Assembly: GCA_001029675.1 (NCBI GenBank)
Contig: CP011210.1
Span: 192,193 to 256,192, forward strand
Direction: 5' to 3'
Source: Candidatus Beckwithbacteria bacterium GW2011_GWC1_49_16
Lineage (GTDB): Bacteria; Patescibacteriota; Microgenomatia; UBA1400; CG1-02-47-37
Length of the DNA: 64,000 nt
The translations under genes were made by a program, and so were the position numbers. This document shows positions 44,750 through 54,067 of the stretch, piece by piece. How positions within the stretch are numbered: the stretch's first letter is position 1; each line of letters starts with the position of its first letter. A model generated the notes under the pieces. It worked only from the letters and a program-made list of their open reading frames with translations, was not told the DNA's origin and searched no databases.

Positions 44750-45732
44750 GGCTCGCACCCAAGTTTTGGTGGGGACTGGGGCTGGTTTTAATCCTTCACG
44801 GAGTTATGTTTTGGGTCAAGCAGAGTCAAAACCCGCTCTGGTACCAGCAGGATAACTATGTGGGTTATGCCAGGGGGTTGATTGAGGGTGGCGGGATTGA
44901 CCAACCGTGGTTGTTTCCCGGGTTGGCGATGTTGATCGCTGCCGCGGCCAAGGCGGTCGGCAGCGTGGTGGTAGCGGCAACAGGGGTGGCGGCAATAAGC
45001 TTGGCGGCGATTTACGCTTTAGCTTACTTAATGACTTATGATTGGTTATTTGCCGCGATGATTAGCTTGTTTCCGCCGATAGTGTTTGAGCAGACGAGTA
45101 AAGTGAGTACGACCGGCTTAGTGGTGGCGGGCTGGCTTGGTGCCTACTACCTCTACAGTAAGCGGCGGGGCTATTGGGCCAGCTTGGTGACGGTTTTATC
45201 GGCTTTGGTGAGGCCGGTGGCGGTGATTTTGGGCGTAGCTTGGCTGATAGATTTAGGCACAAAGGGGAAGTATAAAGAGGCGTTGATTAACGGATTGATT
45301 TTGGGGTTGTTTCCCATGGGCTTGTGGCTGTTTAACCGGCAAGTGTTTGGCGAGGGGGTGTTTTATCAAGCAAAAATGTACCAAACTTTGGGGCCGGTGC
45401 GGGTGGGGATTGTTCAGTTTGGCAGGGACATTTTGCGGGCGGTTGATTGGGGCTACTGGCGGATTCTGGCTTCGGGTTTGACCTATTTGGGGCTGTCTTT
45501 GGTCTTGGTAGGGATGATAATAAAAAGCCGGGCCGAGGTTTTGATCAAGTGGTGGGCGGGGCTGACTTTGGTTTATGTTTTGGCAGTGGGGCCGGAGCCG
45601 CTGCTGGAGGAGTTTAGGCGTTACATTGCGGTTTTGTTTCCTTTGGGACTGGTGGTTTTATACCCGAGATTTAAGCCTTACCGGTTGGTCTTAGGAGTGC
45701 TGATGGTGATGTCTCTGGCGGCTTTTTGGTGA
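44746..45732 (+). CDS. hypothetical polytopic membrane protein
   Basis: About 9 TM helices. Possibly glycosyltransferase-C-like. Confidence 0.4.
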   Translation: MRLAPKFWWGLGLVLILHGVMFWVKQSQNPLWYQQDNYVGYARGLIEGGGIDQPWLFPGLAMLIAAAAKAVGSVVVAATGVAAISLAAIYALAYLMTYDWLFAAMISLFPPIVFEQTSKVSTTGLVVAGWLGAYYLYSKRRGYWASLVTVLSALVRPVAVILGVAWLIDLGTKGKYKEALINGLILGLFPMGLWLFNRQVFGEGVFYQAKMYQTLGPVRVGIVQFGRDILRAVDWGYWRILASGLTYLGLSLVLVGMIIKSRAEVLIKWWAGLTLVYVLAVGPEPLLEEFRRYIAVLFPLGLVVLYPRFKPYRLVLGVLMVMSLAAFW

Positions 45733-46775
45733 GGCGGGGTTTTGAGGTTGACCAAGACAACGCGGGCGCGTGATTTTTGAGCCAGAGTTAGCAGCGGTTT
45801 TAGGGTGCGGCCGGCCCACTCGACGGCGGCGACGGTTTTGGTTTTGAGGCGATCTTCAAGATGAAGCTGATAAAACTCCTCGATGTGACTAAGCCGCCAA
45901 GTGTCAAGGTGTAAAAACTTGCCGAAAACTTTATAGCGGCGGAAGGGGTATTCTCTTTCGATGGTGTAGGTGGGCGAAACGATGGTTTGAGGGATTTTAA
46001 GAAACCGGCCGATGCCTTTGGCAAACTGGGTTTTGCCCGAGCCAAGGTCACCAATGAGCAAAAACAGCAAGGGTTTTTTCTGTAAATCGTTCCAGTGTGC
46101 CAGCATCAGTTTTTGGGCCAAGTCGCTTGTTTCTTGAGGAGAGTGGGTGGTAACACTTTCCGCACTCCCGGAGTGGGGGAATTTTTCACTCCGGGAGTGA
46201 AGGAGTTTAATTTTGCCTTCGCGCAGAATCAGCGGATCATCCAGAGTGGTATCGACCACGGTGGAGGCCGGGCGGCGGGGGAGTTTACCAACATCAATAA
46301 TAAAATCAATCAAACTTTGCTGTTTTCGGCTGGTGTGTTTCAAAAGTTGGGAGATGGAATAAGGCTTGGGTTTGTAGGAGACATTGGCAGAAGTGGCGGT
46401 GATGGGGCGTCCCAGCCTGCCAGCGAGCGCCAGCGCTACCGGGTGATCAGGAATGCGGATCCCCAGAGTGCCGGTTTCTGACTCCACTCCCGGGGCGACT
46501 TTGCCCCGGCCCCACGACACCACAGTCAACGGTCCGGGTAAAAACTTTCTGTATAAGTTTTTAGCAGAGGTATTTAGTTTGACATATTTTGATGCCATGG
46601 TTTGGTCAGCGACGGCCACTGATAAAGGTTTGCCTTCGCGGCGGGATTTGTAGGCAAGTAATTTGGCGACCGCCTTTTTGCTGGTGGCGTCGACGCCGGC
46701 ACCGTAACACGTTTCGGTGGGGTAGATCACCAGGCCGTGGGCTTTTAAGACTTTGACGGCTTGGGTGATTTCCAT
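45678..46775 (-). CDS. fused L-threonylcarbamoyladenylate synthase TsaC (YrdC domain) and TsaE (YjeE P-loop) protein
   Basis: N-terminus VIYPTETCYGAGVDA...GIRIPDHPVALALAGRLGRPITATSAN is the YrdC domain. C-terminus LLFLLIGDLGSGKTQFAKGI...SPTYTI...HLDTWRL is TsaE. The palindromic insert (HSRSEKFPHSGSAE) sits in the inter-domain linker. Confidence 0.8.
   Translation of the reverse strand: MEITQAVKVLKAHGLVIYPTETCYGAGVDATSKKAVAKLLAYKSRREGKPLSVAVADQTMASKYVKLNTSAKNLYRKFLPGPLTVVSWGRGKVAPGVESETGTLGIRIPDHPVALALAGRLGRPITATSANVSYKPKPYSISQLLKHTSRKQQSLIDFIIDVGKLPRRPASTVVDTTLDDPLILREGKIKLLHSRSEKFPHSGSAESVTTHSPQETSDLAQKLMLAHWNDLQKKPLLFLLIGDLGSGKTQFAKGIGRFLKIPQTIVSPTYTIEREYPFRRYKVFGKFLHLDTWRLSHIEEFYQLHLEDRLKTKTVAAVEWAGRTLKPLLTLAQKSRARVVLVNLKTPPHQKAARDITISTPKTNR
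46163..46199. repeat. palindromic element CACTCCCGGAGTG-ggggaattttt-CACTCCGGGAGTG, in-frame at the TsaC/TsaE junction
   Basis: Exact inverted 13-mers separated by an 11-nt spacer. Confidence 0.9.
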
Positions 46776-48082
46776 TACTTAAGGTTAATCGAGTACAGAT
46801 TGGGGGGCTGGTTTGAACCGCCGTTTAAGGAGGCCAGAATTATCAGCCTGGAGCCGTTGGGCCAGGGATAGGCAAAGTCGTCGGAAAAAGGGCCGGCGTA
46901 GACGGTATCCTGGTTGGTGCCGTCGTATTCACCGATAACGATTTTACCCTCCTGGACTAAAATGTAGTGGCGGGAATCGGGGAACCACTGGACGGGCTGG
47001 AAGTGAATCGGGCTGTAGCGGTGGGAAAGAGTTTCGAGGGAGGAATCTTTCACTCCGGGAGTGTCAGTTGCAGGCGCAGCTGCCAGCCAGAAATTTTTGT
47101 CTTCTTCCAAGTCATAGATGTAAATGTTGTCTTTTTCAAGGTTGCGCCTTTGAACTTGGGTGGAGGAGGCTGGTACCGGCGGGATTAAGTTCTCTGGGAT
47201 GGTAAGAGTTTCCACAGCGGTGTACATCAGCTTGTCTTCGTCGGGTGACCAGTAGACGGCTCGGGCCGACTCGGTGGCAACTTTTTGCATAAATTCGGGC
47301 AGAAGGACTAGCCGTTCGTGGTCTTTTTTATCCAAAAGCTCGTGCCATTCTGAAAGGGTTACCGGCAGCCTGGCGGTGGCGTCTTTTAGGGTGGCGATGT
47401 CATTGAGGCTTGATACGGAAAGGAGAATGTTACGCTCGTCCGGCTGATTAAGGTTGACGCTAACCAGGATTTGGGATGAGTCGGGCGACCAGGTGAGACG
47501 GGCAACGGTAAAGTCAAAGTCCGGGTGGGGCCGGGAGATTTGCCGGGGCTCGGAGTTGAAGCCAAAGGGGCGGTCGAAAAGGTCTAAAACGTAGAGGCCA
47601 TTTTTGTCGTTGGTGGTGGCGTTGCCGACGGCAAAGGCGATCTTCTGGCCGTCGGGCGAGGGGGTGAGATTTAAAGCTCCGGAAAAAGTCAGGGGTTTTA
47701 AGTCGGGGACAGAGGGGAAGAGCCGGGCGTTGGTTTGGGCGACCAGTTCTGCCTCCAAAACCAAAGTTTTTTCCCAGGGAATGTAGCCGTCTTGGGCGAT
47801 TTTGACCCGGTACTGGCCCGGGGGCAAGTTTAAGGTGTCGTCGGTGGCGGTGGTCAACTTGTCGTTTAAAAAGACGCTGGCACCGCGGGGTACGGAGTTG
47901 GCGGCGAGCAACCCCGTGCCCTGTAAGGCCCGACTAGCCAGCGACGGCCGGTAGCCCCGGGCAAGCCTGATGGCAAAGTAAGTGCCGGTGACAAAAAACA
48001 AGACGGCCACGATGACGATCAAAAGCCTTGGGGTGCGCTGGAACATGGTAGCGGTATTATACCTTAATTTATAATCAGCCAA
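46775..48082 (-). CDS. PEGA-domain plus TolB-like beta-propeller repeat protein, N-terminal TM anchor
   Basis: PEGA motif (RGASVFLNDKLTTATDDTLNLPPGQYRVKIAQDGYIPWEKTL) and repeated WSPDxxxL propeller blades. Contains a half-site of the palindromic element (TPGVKDSS). Confidence 0.55.
   Translation of the reverse strand: MADYKLRYNTATMFQRTPRLLIVIVAVLFFVTGTYFAIRLARGYRPSLASRALQGTGLLAANSVPRGASVFLNDKLTTATDDTLNLPPGQYRVKIAQDGYIPWEKTLVLEAELVAQTNARLFPSVPDLKPLTFSGALNLTPSPDGQKIAFAVGNATTNDKNGLYVLDLFDRPFGFNSEPRQISRPHPDFDFTVARLTWSPDSSQILVSVNLNQPDERNILLSVSSLNDIATLKDATARLPVTLSEWHELLDKKDHERLVLLPEFMQKVATESARAVYWSPDEDKLMYTAVETLTIPENLIPPVPASSTQVQRRNLEKDNIYIYDLEEDKNFWLAAAPATDTPGVKDSSLETLSHRYSPIHFQPVQWFPDSRHYILVQEGKIVIGEYDGTNQDTVYAGPFSDDFAYPWPNGSRLIILASLNGGSNQPPNLYSINLK
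47050..47062. repeat. solo half-site CACTCCGGGAGTG of the palindromic element
   Basis: Followed by ...gcaggcgca..., which also occurs in the spacer of the GT4 copy. Confidence 0.7.
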
Positions 48083-50796
48083 TCAATGGTGGTGTTGGCG
48101 TTGACCGGGTAGTTGGTAAAGACGGTAAACTGGTTTTTATCTGGTTCTTTGATCACCCAGTATTTGGTGGCGGGCGAGTAAGACGAGGTAAAAGTGATGA
48201 TGACTTGGGAAGAATCGGTCAAGCGGTCGGTAGCGACAATGGCGTGATTGTTTCCGGTCGGAATTAGGACGGAGCCGGCAGCAGACAGATTTAGGCGGGA
48301 AAAACTAGCCGAGCCGGAAGAGTCGATGGCGCCCACCAGGCCTTCGATGTCGTTATAGAAAGTCAGGGCGGAGTTGGTAGCCAAAGTGACGCTTAGGTCT
48401 TGCCCTGGCGGTGGTTTTAGCTCGGAAGCGATTAGGGTTGGGGTGGTGATTGATTCTGATACCGCCAGCCTGCCGCTGATGGCGACGTTGCCGGCGGCGT
48501 CCAGAGTCATGACTCCGGCCAGAAAGTTGATGGCGCCGACCCCGCCGGGTTGAAGATAAAGGGTGTTGGAGCACTTCTCGGAGGTGGCCGAAGGGTCTCC
48601 TCCGAGGTGGGTGGGACAGGGTAAAGTAGAGATAGAGTTACCAGTAATCAGTAAATTGTCGTTTAGGTTTAGGGAGTTGGTGACTTTAAGGTTGGTGATA
48701 GTGGCTTGGCCGAGAACGGCCAGGTATTCGGAGAAAAAGCCGGAGTCGGCGCTAAGCGAGTTAAGATCAAGATGCCCGGAAGGGCTGGCCGTCGGGGCAG
48801 AGGCCAACAGAGCCGAGGCGGTGGCTGTTGAGTCGGGGTCGGCGGCGGCGGAAGCGGTGGCGCTGGTTTGCTGATAAGAAGCGACCAGGTCTTTGATTTT
48901 TTCTTTGAGGCCGTCGATGGCGGAAGCGTTAATGGATTTGGCGGTGAGTGTTCCGGAAACGGAAACGTCGCCGGTGATCTTTAAGGCTTGCCGGTCGGTA
49001 AGAGCCACGATTAAGTCTTGGTCAGAAACCGGTTTAATGAAGTTGGTGGTCAGCGCCTGGCCGACAGGGTCGGTGGAGACGTAGGGAGTAATCAGGGCTT
49101 CAAGGCGGCCGACGCGCTCATAGAGGTCCAAGATATAAAGGACGTTGTTTTCCACTCGTTCTAAGATAGCCATAATTGAAGTGGAGATGTTGAGGCCGGA
49201 GTTTTGGATTTCTTCCTGGCTGGGGACGCCGGGCAGGTGGTGGTAGGTGGCGATAAAGTCTTTGAGGGCGATGGGCGAGAGAAGTTGATAGCCAGTTTCA
49301 AAAACGTAGTCGGGGACGGCAGTGCCGTTGATGGTGACAGTGCCGCCGTCGGCGATGGTGATGCCGTTGCCGGCGTTGTCAAACAGCTTTAAGCCGGAGT
49401 CGTTGGTGGCCTCGATGAGATTGTCGGAAAGTTTGATGTTTTTAACGGTTAGCTCGTTATCAAAGTTGCCCTGTTTGGCATTTAGCTTGAAGCTCGCGCT
49501 GATGCCATAGCTGGTCTCGCCGCCCACACCTAAGCCGCCGGAAAAAACCAGATAGCCGTCCAGGTCGTTGGAGATAGAGTCGCCGTAGTCGGAGAAGGTT
49601 AGCCCGGTAGCGAGGGTTATGTCTCCGGCCAAAGACAAGCCGATGCCAGGAGCGGCAGGGTCGAGAAAGTAGGCAGAGTTATCAGAGTCGATCAGTTTGG
49701 GTGCGTAAAGGTTGCCTGAAATCAAGGTCGGTTGGGACAGGGTAATGGGGTAGACAGCGTCGTCGTCGATGGTGAGTAAAGTTTGGGCCGCGCCGCCCAA
49801 AACGCTAAAGGCGCTGTTGACTCCGGCCAAAGTCAATTTCAGGGAGGTGGCCGAGCTGGTGGCTAAGTCTCCTAAGGTTATATCTAGGTCGGTTTTGTTG
49901 GCGGTAAGGCTGGTGTTGCCGGCGTCGTAAAGGTTTTGGATGCTTGACTTGCCTGAAGGGGAGGCGGTGGGGTTTAGGTTGACCCAGTCTAAGCCGTCAA
50001 AGTAGTTGAGGTTGCCGGTGTTTTTGTCAACGTAGAGGCTGCCGACCTGATTTTCTGGTTGGTCGGTGGGAATGAATTTTAGGACCGGGGTAGTCAGGCT
50101 GCCTTGGATGAGGGCGTCATTCTTAAGATAAAAATTGCCTTTTTGATCTAAAAAAGACAGGGTGCCGGTGTCGCTGCCGATAGTAATCTGGCCGTTTAAA
50201 AAATTGGCTACCGAAGGCAGGGCGACTTCGACTTGAGAAGGGATGGCTAGTTGTTCAATGGCAGGGCTGGCGATTTCTTGATTGCCTCTGACATAAAAGT
50301 AGGTGGCCAGAGCCAGGCCGGTAAAGATTGCGGTTAGTCCTAGGTAGACTAAGGGTTTATGGGGTAGACTGGTTATTTGAAGCGGGGTTGGCGGTTTTTC
50401 CTTGGTCTCCGGCGACGGAGTCACGGGCAAGGTTTTGGGGGAAATTTGGGCTAAAATTTGTTTTAGGGTTTTTTCTGAATAGCCGGTATTGCCGGTTTTG
50501 TCGATGGTGAGTTTTAATCTTTTTTCTCTGGTCCAACGCCGCACTGTAGCCGGGGAAACTTTCAACAGCAACGAGGCCTGGTTTAAATCTAAGAGCCGGT
50601 CGGTGGGCGGCGGGTCAAACTGGCCGGTTTTGATGCCAACTAGGGTTTTTAGGTGTTGGTCGGTGTAGCGGCGTTGGTTACCGATGGTGCGGGTCGGGTT
50701 GACTAGTCCGGAGTCTTCCCAGCGGCGCAGGGTTTTGGGGTGAACGCCGACAAACTTGGCGGCAGCGGAGACGGAGTAGTGGTTTTGATCGGGCAA
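48064..50796 (-). CDS. membrane-spanning protein with two N-terminal cytoplasmic MerR/excisionase-type HTH domains and a huge extracellular domain (910 aa)
   Basis: AAKFVGVHPKTLRRWEDSGLV and ASLLLKVSPATVRRWTREKRL HTH pair, one TM helix (LVYLGLTAIFTGLALATYFYV), then an ~800-aa S/T/G-rich extracytoplasmic region. Confidence 0.5.
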   Translation of the reverse strand: MPDQNHYSVSAAAKFVGVHPKTLRRWEDSGLVNPTRTIGNQRRYTDQHLKTLVGIKTGQFDPPPTDRLLDLNQASLLLKVSPATVRRWTREKRLKLTIDKTGNTGYSEKTLKQILAQISPKTLPVTPSPETKEKPPTPLQITSLPHKPLVYLGLTAIFTGLALATYFYVRGNQEIASPAIEQLAIPSQVEVALPSVANFLNGQITIGSDTGTLSFLDQKGNFYLKNDALIQGSLTTPVLKFIPTDQPENQVGSLYVDKNTGNLNYFDGLDWVNLNPTASPSGKSSIQNLYDAGNTSLTANKTDLDITLGDLATSSATSLKLTLAGVNSAFSVLGGAAQTLLTIDDDAVYPITLSQPTLISGNLYAPKLIDSDNSAYFLDPAAPGIGLSLAGDITLATGLTFSDYGDSISNDLDGYLVFSGGLGVGGETSYGISASFKLNAKQGNFDNELTVKNIKLSDNLIEATNDSGLKLFDNAGNGITIADGGTVTINGTAVPDYVFETGYQLLSPIALKDFIATYHHLPGVPSQEEIQNSGLNISTSIMAILERVENNVLYILDLYERVGRLEALITPYVSTDPVGQALTTNFIKPVSDQDLIVALTDRQALKITGDVSVSGTLTAKSINASAIDGLKEKIKDLVASYQQTSATASAAADPDSTATASALLASAPTASPSGHLDLNSLSADSGFFSEYLAVLGQATITNLKVTNSLNLNDNLLITGNSISTLPCPTHLGGDPSATSEKCSNTLYLQPGGVGAINFLAGVMTLDAAGNVAISGRLAVSESITTPTLIASELKPPPGQDLSVTLATNSALTFYNDIEGLVGAIDSSGSASFSRLNLSAAGSVLIPTGNNHAIVATDRLTDSSQVIITFTSSYSPATKYWVIKEPDKNQFTVFTNYPVNANTTIDWLIIN

Positions 50797-51020
50797 AGGT
50801 TTACCTCTTGAAATGTCTAACTTTGTACAATGGTTGGACTGTTTTCACGATCCAGTATGGACTATATTAAAAAGGCTGTCAAGGTGGGGAAAATGAGATA
50901 AAATTGCTATAAATAGTTATATATTGTTATACTTATTGAGGCTTTAGAGAGAGTTAAATGATGTTTTTTGATATGTTTTGATAGTGACTAGTTTTTGCCA
51001 GTTGAGATTAAATTGGTGGC

Positions 51021-52073
51021 GTGCTAAATTTATTCACCATGGCGATGATTCAAAAAGTAGGCATAGATTTAGGCACGGCCAACTCGGTGGTGTATTTGGC
51101 GGGCAGCGGCATAGTGCTGGCCGAACCGACGGTGGTAGCGGTGACGGTGGAAGACAACCGGGTGGTGGCGGTGGGTAACGAAGCCAAAGAAATGCTGGGG
51201 AGGACTCCGGAAAACATTGTCGCTTCAAAGCCGATGCGCGACGGGGTGATTGCCGATTACGTGGTCACCGAAGCGATGTTGCGGTATTTTTTGCAGAAAG
51301 TGGCCGGGCGAAACTTGATTTTTAAACCGGACGTGATGATTTGCGTTCCCGCCGGTTGTACTCAAGTAGAGAGAAGAGCGGTTGAAGACGCCACCTACGC
51401 TGCCGGAGCCAGAGAAGTGTATATCATTCACGAGCCGTTTGCGGCGGCTTTGGGAGCCGGGGTGCCGGTGGGCGAGGCCTCGGGCAACATGATTGTCGAC
51501 ATGGGCGGCGGTTCGTCTGAAGCGGCAGTGATCTCTTTAGGCGGGGTGGTAGTGGCCAAGGGTATCCGGGTGGCCGGCAATAGCCTGGACGACGCCATCG
51601 CCGGTTTTGTCAGGAAAAAACACGGCCTGGTGGTGGGCGAGAGGATGGCCGAGGAGATAAAGATCAACTTGGGCCGAGCGTCGAGCGAAGTTGAAACCAC
51701 GAACCACGAACCACGAACCACGAACCAGAAAATGCGGGTCAAAGGCAGGGACAGCATCCAAGGCTTACCCAAATCAGTCGAGGTGACGGCAGAAGAGATT
51801 GAAGAGGCGATTAAACCTAAATTATCCCAGATCGTCGGCATGGTTAAGTCGGTTTTAGAGGAGATTCCGCCGGAGCTATCCAGCGACATTATTGATAAGG
51901 GGATTGTGATGAGCGGCGGGACGAGCCTGCTAACTAACCTGGACAAGTTACTGACTGCCGAGACCGGCGTTCCCTGCCACATTGCCGAAGAGCCGATGCT
52001 TTGCGTCGCCCGCGGCACGGGGATTGCTTTGGATAACCTGGAGCTTTACAAGCGGGCGATTAGTAAGAGGTAG
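51021..52073 (+). CDS. mreB: rod-shape-determining protein MreB
   Basis: IGIDLGTANSVVY, actin-fold phosphate motifs and GGGSSEAAV. The start may be the internal Met at ~51039. Contains (CACGAAC)x4 insert encoding ETTNHEPRTTNQ. Confidence 0.9.
   Translation: MLNLFTMAMIQKVGIDLGTANSVVYLAGSGIVLAEPTVVAVTVEDNRVVAVGNEAKEMLGRTPENIVASKPMRDGVIADYVVTEAMLRYFLQKVAGRNLIFKPDVMICVPAGCTQVERRAVEDATYAAGAREVYIIHEPFAAALGAGVPVGEASGNMIVDMGGGSSEAAVISLGGVVVAKGIRVAGNSLDDAIAGFVRKKHGLVVGERMAEEIKINLGRASSEVETTNHEPRTTNQKMRVKGRDSIQGLPKSVEVTAEEIEEAIKPKLSQIVGMVKSVLEEIPPELSSDIIDKGIVMSGGTSLLTNLDKLLTAETGVPCHIAEEPMLCVARGTGIALDNLELYKRAISKR
51698..51725. repeat. (CACGAAC)x4 perfect heptamer tandem repeat inside mreB
   Basis: The four perfect 7-mers can be read directly from the sequence. 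Confidence 0.85.
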
Positions 52074-52074
52074 C

Positions 52075-52845
52075 TTAGCGGTGTTTGACTACCAGTTTTC
52101 TGGCAGTCTTGGCAAAGTTTTTGTCGCCGATTAAGCCCTGGGCAACTTGAAAGTATTGTTCAGCTAGGCCGTATTCTTGGGCGGTAGTGTAAACTACCCC
52201 GTTAAAATACTTTTGCCTAGCCTCGGTTTCCAATCCGAACTGGTAATAGCGATTATTAGGCTGAAAGCCCCTGTCTCTTGCTTTTTTACCTAGGGTTAAG
52301 GCGTCAATCCTGTCTCCCAGAGAGGGTTTAAACTCTAAGTCATCAAAGGCATGACCTAGTTCATGGCCGGCTTTTTGGGCAAAAACCAGAAGACTTTCGC
52401 CAGAGGTGAGGCCGAAGTGCTCGGCGTATGCCTCGCGGCTTGCCAGGGCTATTTCTATTGGTTTTAGCTGACCTAAAAAGCCTGCCTTATATCTTGAGTG
52501 AGCAAAACTTTCATTGCCGGTGAGAGCGTTCATGGCGGGAAGAGTGTTAAATATTTCAACCTTAACCCCTTTAAGGTGAAGGGCATTAATGCCTCGTTGT
52601 ACTGCTTCGATTACACCCTGTTCGTAGTTGCGCCTAATGTTAGAGACAATTTGAGTTTGAAAGTTTCTTAAACGATCGATCGGACCAAGTCTTAACTCAA
52701 AAACTTTAGGGATATACCCTTCCTCAATGCCGGCGTAATGAGCAATTTGGGCAATAGGGTCTATTGAGTAAAGGTTTCTTAGGGGTTTTCTGGTGGGGGT
52801 GGTTTCGCTTTGTTTTGGAGAGGGTAGATCGCCGCGGTTGTCCAT
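52075..52845 (-). CDS. hypothetical protein with HExxH zinc-metallopeptidase-like motif
   Basis: AGHELGHAFDD. Confidence 0.35.
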   Translation of the reverse strand: MDNRGDLPSPKQSETTPTRKPLRNLYSIDPIAQIAHYAGIEEGYIPKVFELRLGPIDRLRNFQTQIVSNIRRNYEQGVIEAVQRGINALHLKGVKVEIFNTLPAMNALTGNESFAHSRYKAGFLGQLKPIEIALASREAYAEHFGLTSGESLLVFAQKAGHELGHAFDDLEFKPSLGDRIDALTLGKKARDRGFQPNNRYYQFGLETEARQKYFNGVVYTTAQEYGLAEQYFQVAQGLIGDKNFAKTARKLVVKHR

Positions 52846-52922
52846 AGGTAAATTTTACCACGACCATCGATTTACTTTCCCCCTTGACAATTTTCACGCG
52901 GGTGTGCGACACTTAAATATTG

Positions 52923-53456
52923 ATGTTTGCCAGAATGAAATACAAATGGCTTAAAAACAAGAAAAAGATTTTAGGGTTTGGTGGGCTTTCGGTGGCAGTA
53001 GTCGGCTTGGCAGTAGGGGTATCTTTAGTCCAAAGAAGTCAAAGACTCGAAAGTCAAGCTAGAAGTGAACAGGTAAATCCGTGCGGGTACGGACTGGATT
53101 GTACCGACAAACCCATTACAGGAGCAACGAGTTGTGTTGATCAATATGGAGGAAATTCTTACTGTTGTCCGGAAAACTCTATTAGGTGGTACGGAGCCTG
53201 TGTGGAGAAATGTGGGTCGGGCTTAAGCTGTTGGGATTATCCTGTCCAGGGTGCTTCTCGCTGTATTGTTATTACTAACAAGATAACTGAGACTTACTGT
53301 TGTCCAAAGGATAAGCCATGGAACCTAAATGGCGTTTGCAACCCGGCGCCTAGACGTTTTCGTCCTAACCCAGTCAATAAACCGACATCTTCTCCAGAAG
53401 GAGAGTCGGGAGTTCCTGGATTGCCGGAAGTGTCGGGCCAACCCATTCCTCTATAG
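52923..53456 (+). CDS. small secreted Cys-rich protein, paralog A
   Basis: Signal peptide MFARMKYKWLKNKKKILGFGGLSVAVVGLAV. 12 Cys in the mature part (CCPEN...CCPKD). Confidence 0.5.
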   Translation: MFARMKYKWLKNKKKILGFGGLSVAVVGLAVGVSLVQRSQRLESQARSEQVNPCGYGLDCTDKPITGATSCVDQYGGNSYCCPENSIRWYGACVEKCGSGLSCWDYPVQGASRCIVITNKITETYCCPKDKPWNLNGVCNPAPRRFRPNPVNKPTSSPEGESGVPGLPEVSGQPIPL

Positions 53457-53531
53457 AGTTAGTTTTTTACACACGGTTGATTACTTTCCCCCTTGACAAT
53501 TTTCACGCGGGTGTGCGACACTTAAATATTG

Positions 53532-54023
53532 ATGTTTGCCAGAATGAAGTTTAAGTGGTTAAAAAACAAGAAAAAGATTTTAGGGTTTGGCGGGCTTTCG
53601 GTAGCGGTGGTGGGACTGGCAGTAGCTTTAACAGCGCTTCAAACAGGGGGTTTGGATATCCGCTCTCTGGCTTCTCCACCAAAAACCAATGAGTTCTGTG
53701 AAGTGATAAGAAAAAACGACCCGAATTGTGAAAGAGTCCCCAGCAAATTAAAAAATTGCTGTCAGTCAACACCTTCGCCATCACCGACACCGACACCATC
53801 ACCGACACCTTTAGTATCCCCAACACCTGGAGACGGGAGTTTACCAGCTTGTCCAGCCGGAACAGATGCTGATAGATGTATCGATGTTGACCAGCCGAAT
53901 GATATTGTTGGAGGGGTTTGTTTGTCTGAAATTGATAGTGGAGAAACAACTTATACGGCCTGTTGCGCTGAAGGGAAGAAGCCGGTTTATGATTTTGACA
54001 GTGCTAAGTACATCTGCCAGTAG
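53532..54023 (+). CDS. small secreted Cys-rich protein, paralog B
   Basis: 5' region and signal peptide near-identical to paralog A, then a divergent Cys-rich mature domain with a (SPTP)n linker. Confidence 0.5.
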   Translation: MFARMKFKWLKNKKKILGFGGLSVAVVGLAVALTALQTGGLDIRSLASPPKTNEFCEVIRKNDPNCERVPSKLKNCCQSTPSPSPTPTPSPTPLVSPTPGDGSLPACPAGTDADRCIDVDQPNDIVGGVCLSEIDSGETTYTACCAEGKKPVYDFDSAKYICQ

Positions 54024-54067
54024 TTAGAAAAGATTAGTGGTTTCTGCGGGCGGGGAGGGGAAGTGAG

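Noticed and set aside
52884-52920. Sigma70 promoter call (TTGACA ... TAAATAT) upstream of the Cys-rich paralogs
   Set aside because: The spacing between the TTGACA and the only -10-like hexamer is ~24 nt, outside the canonical 16-19 nt window. It is reported only as a conserved 5' module, not as a promoter.
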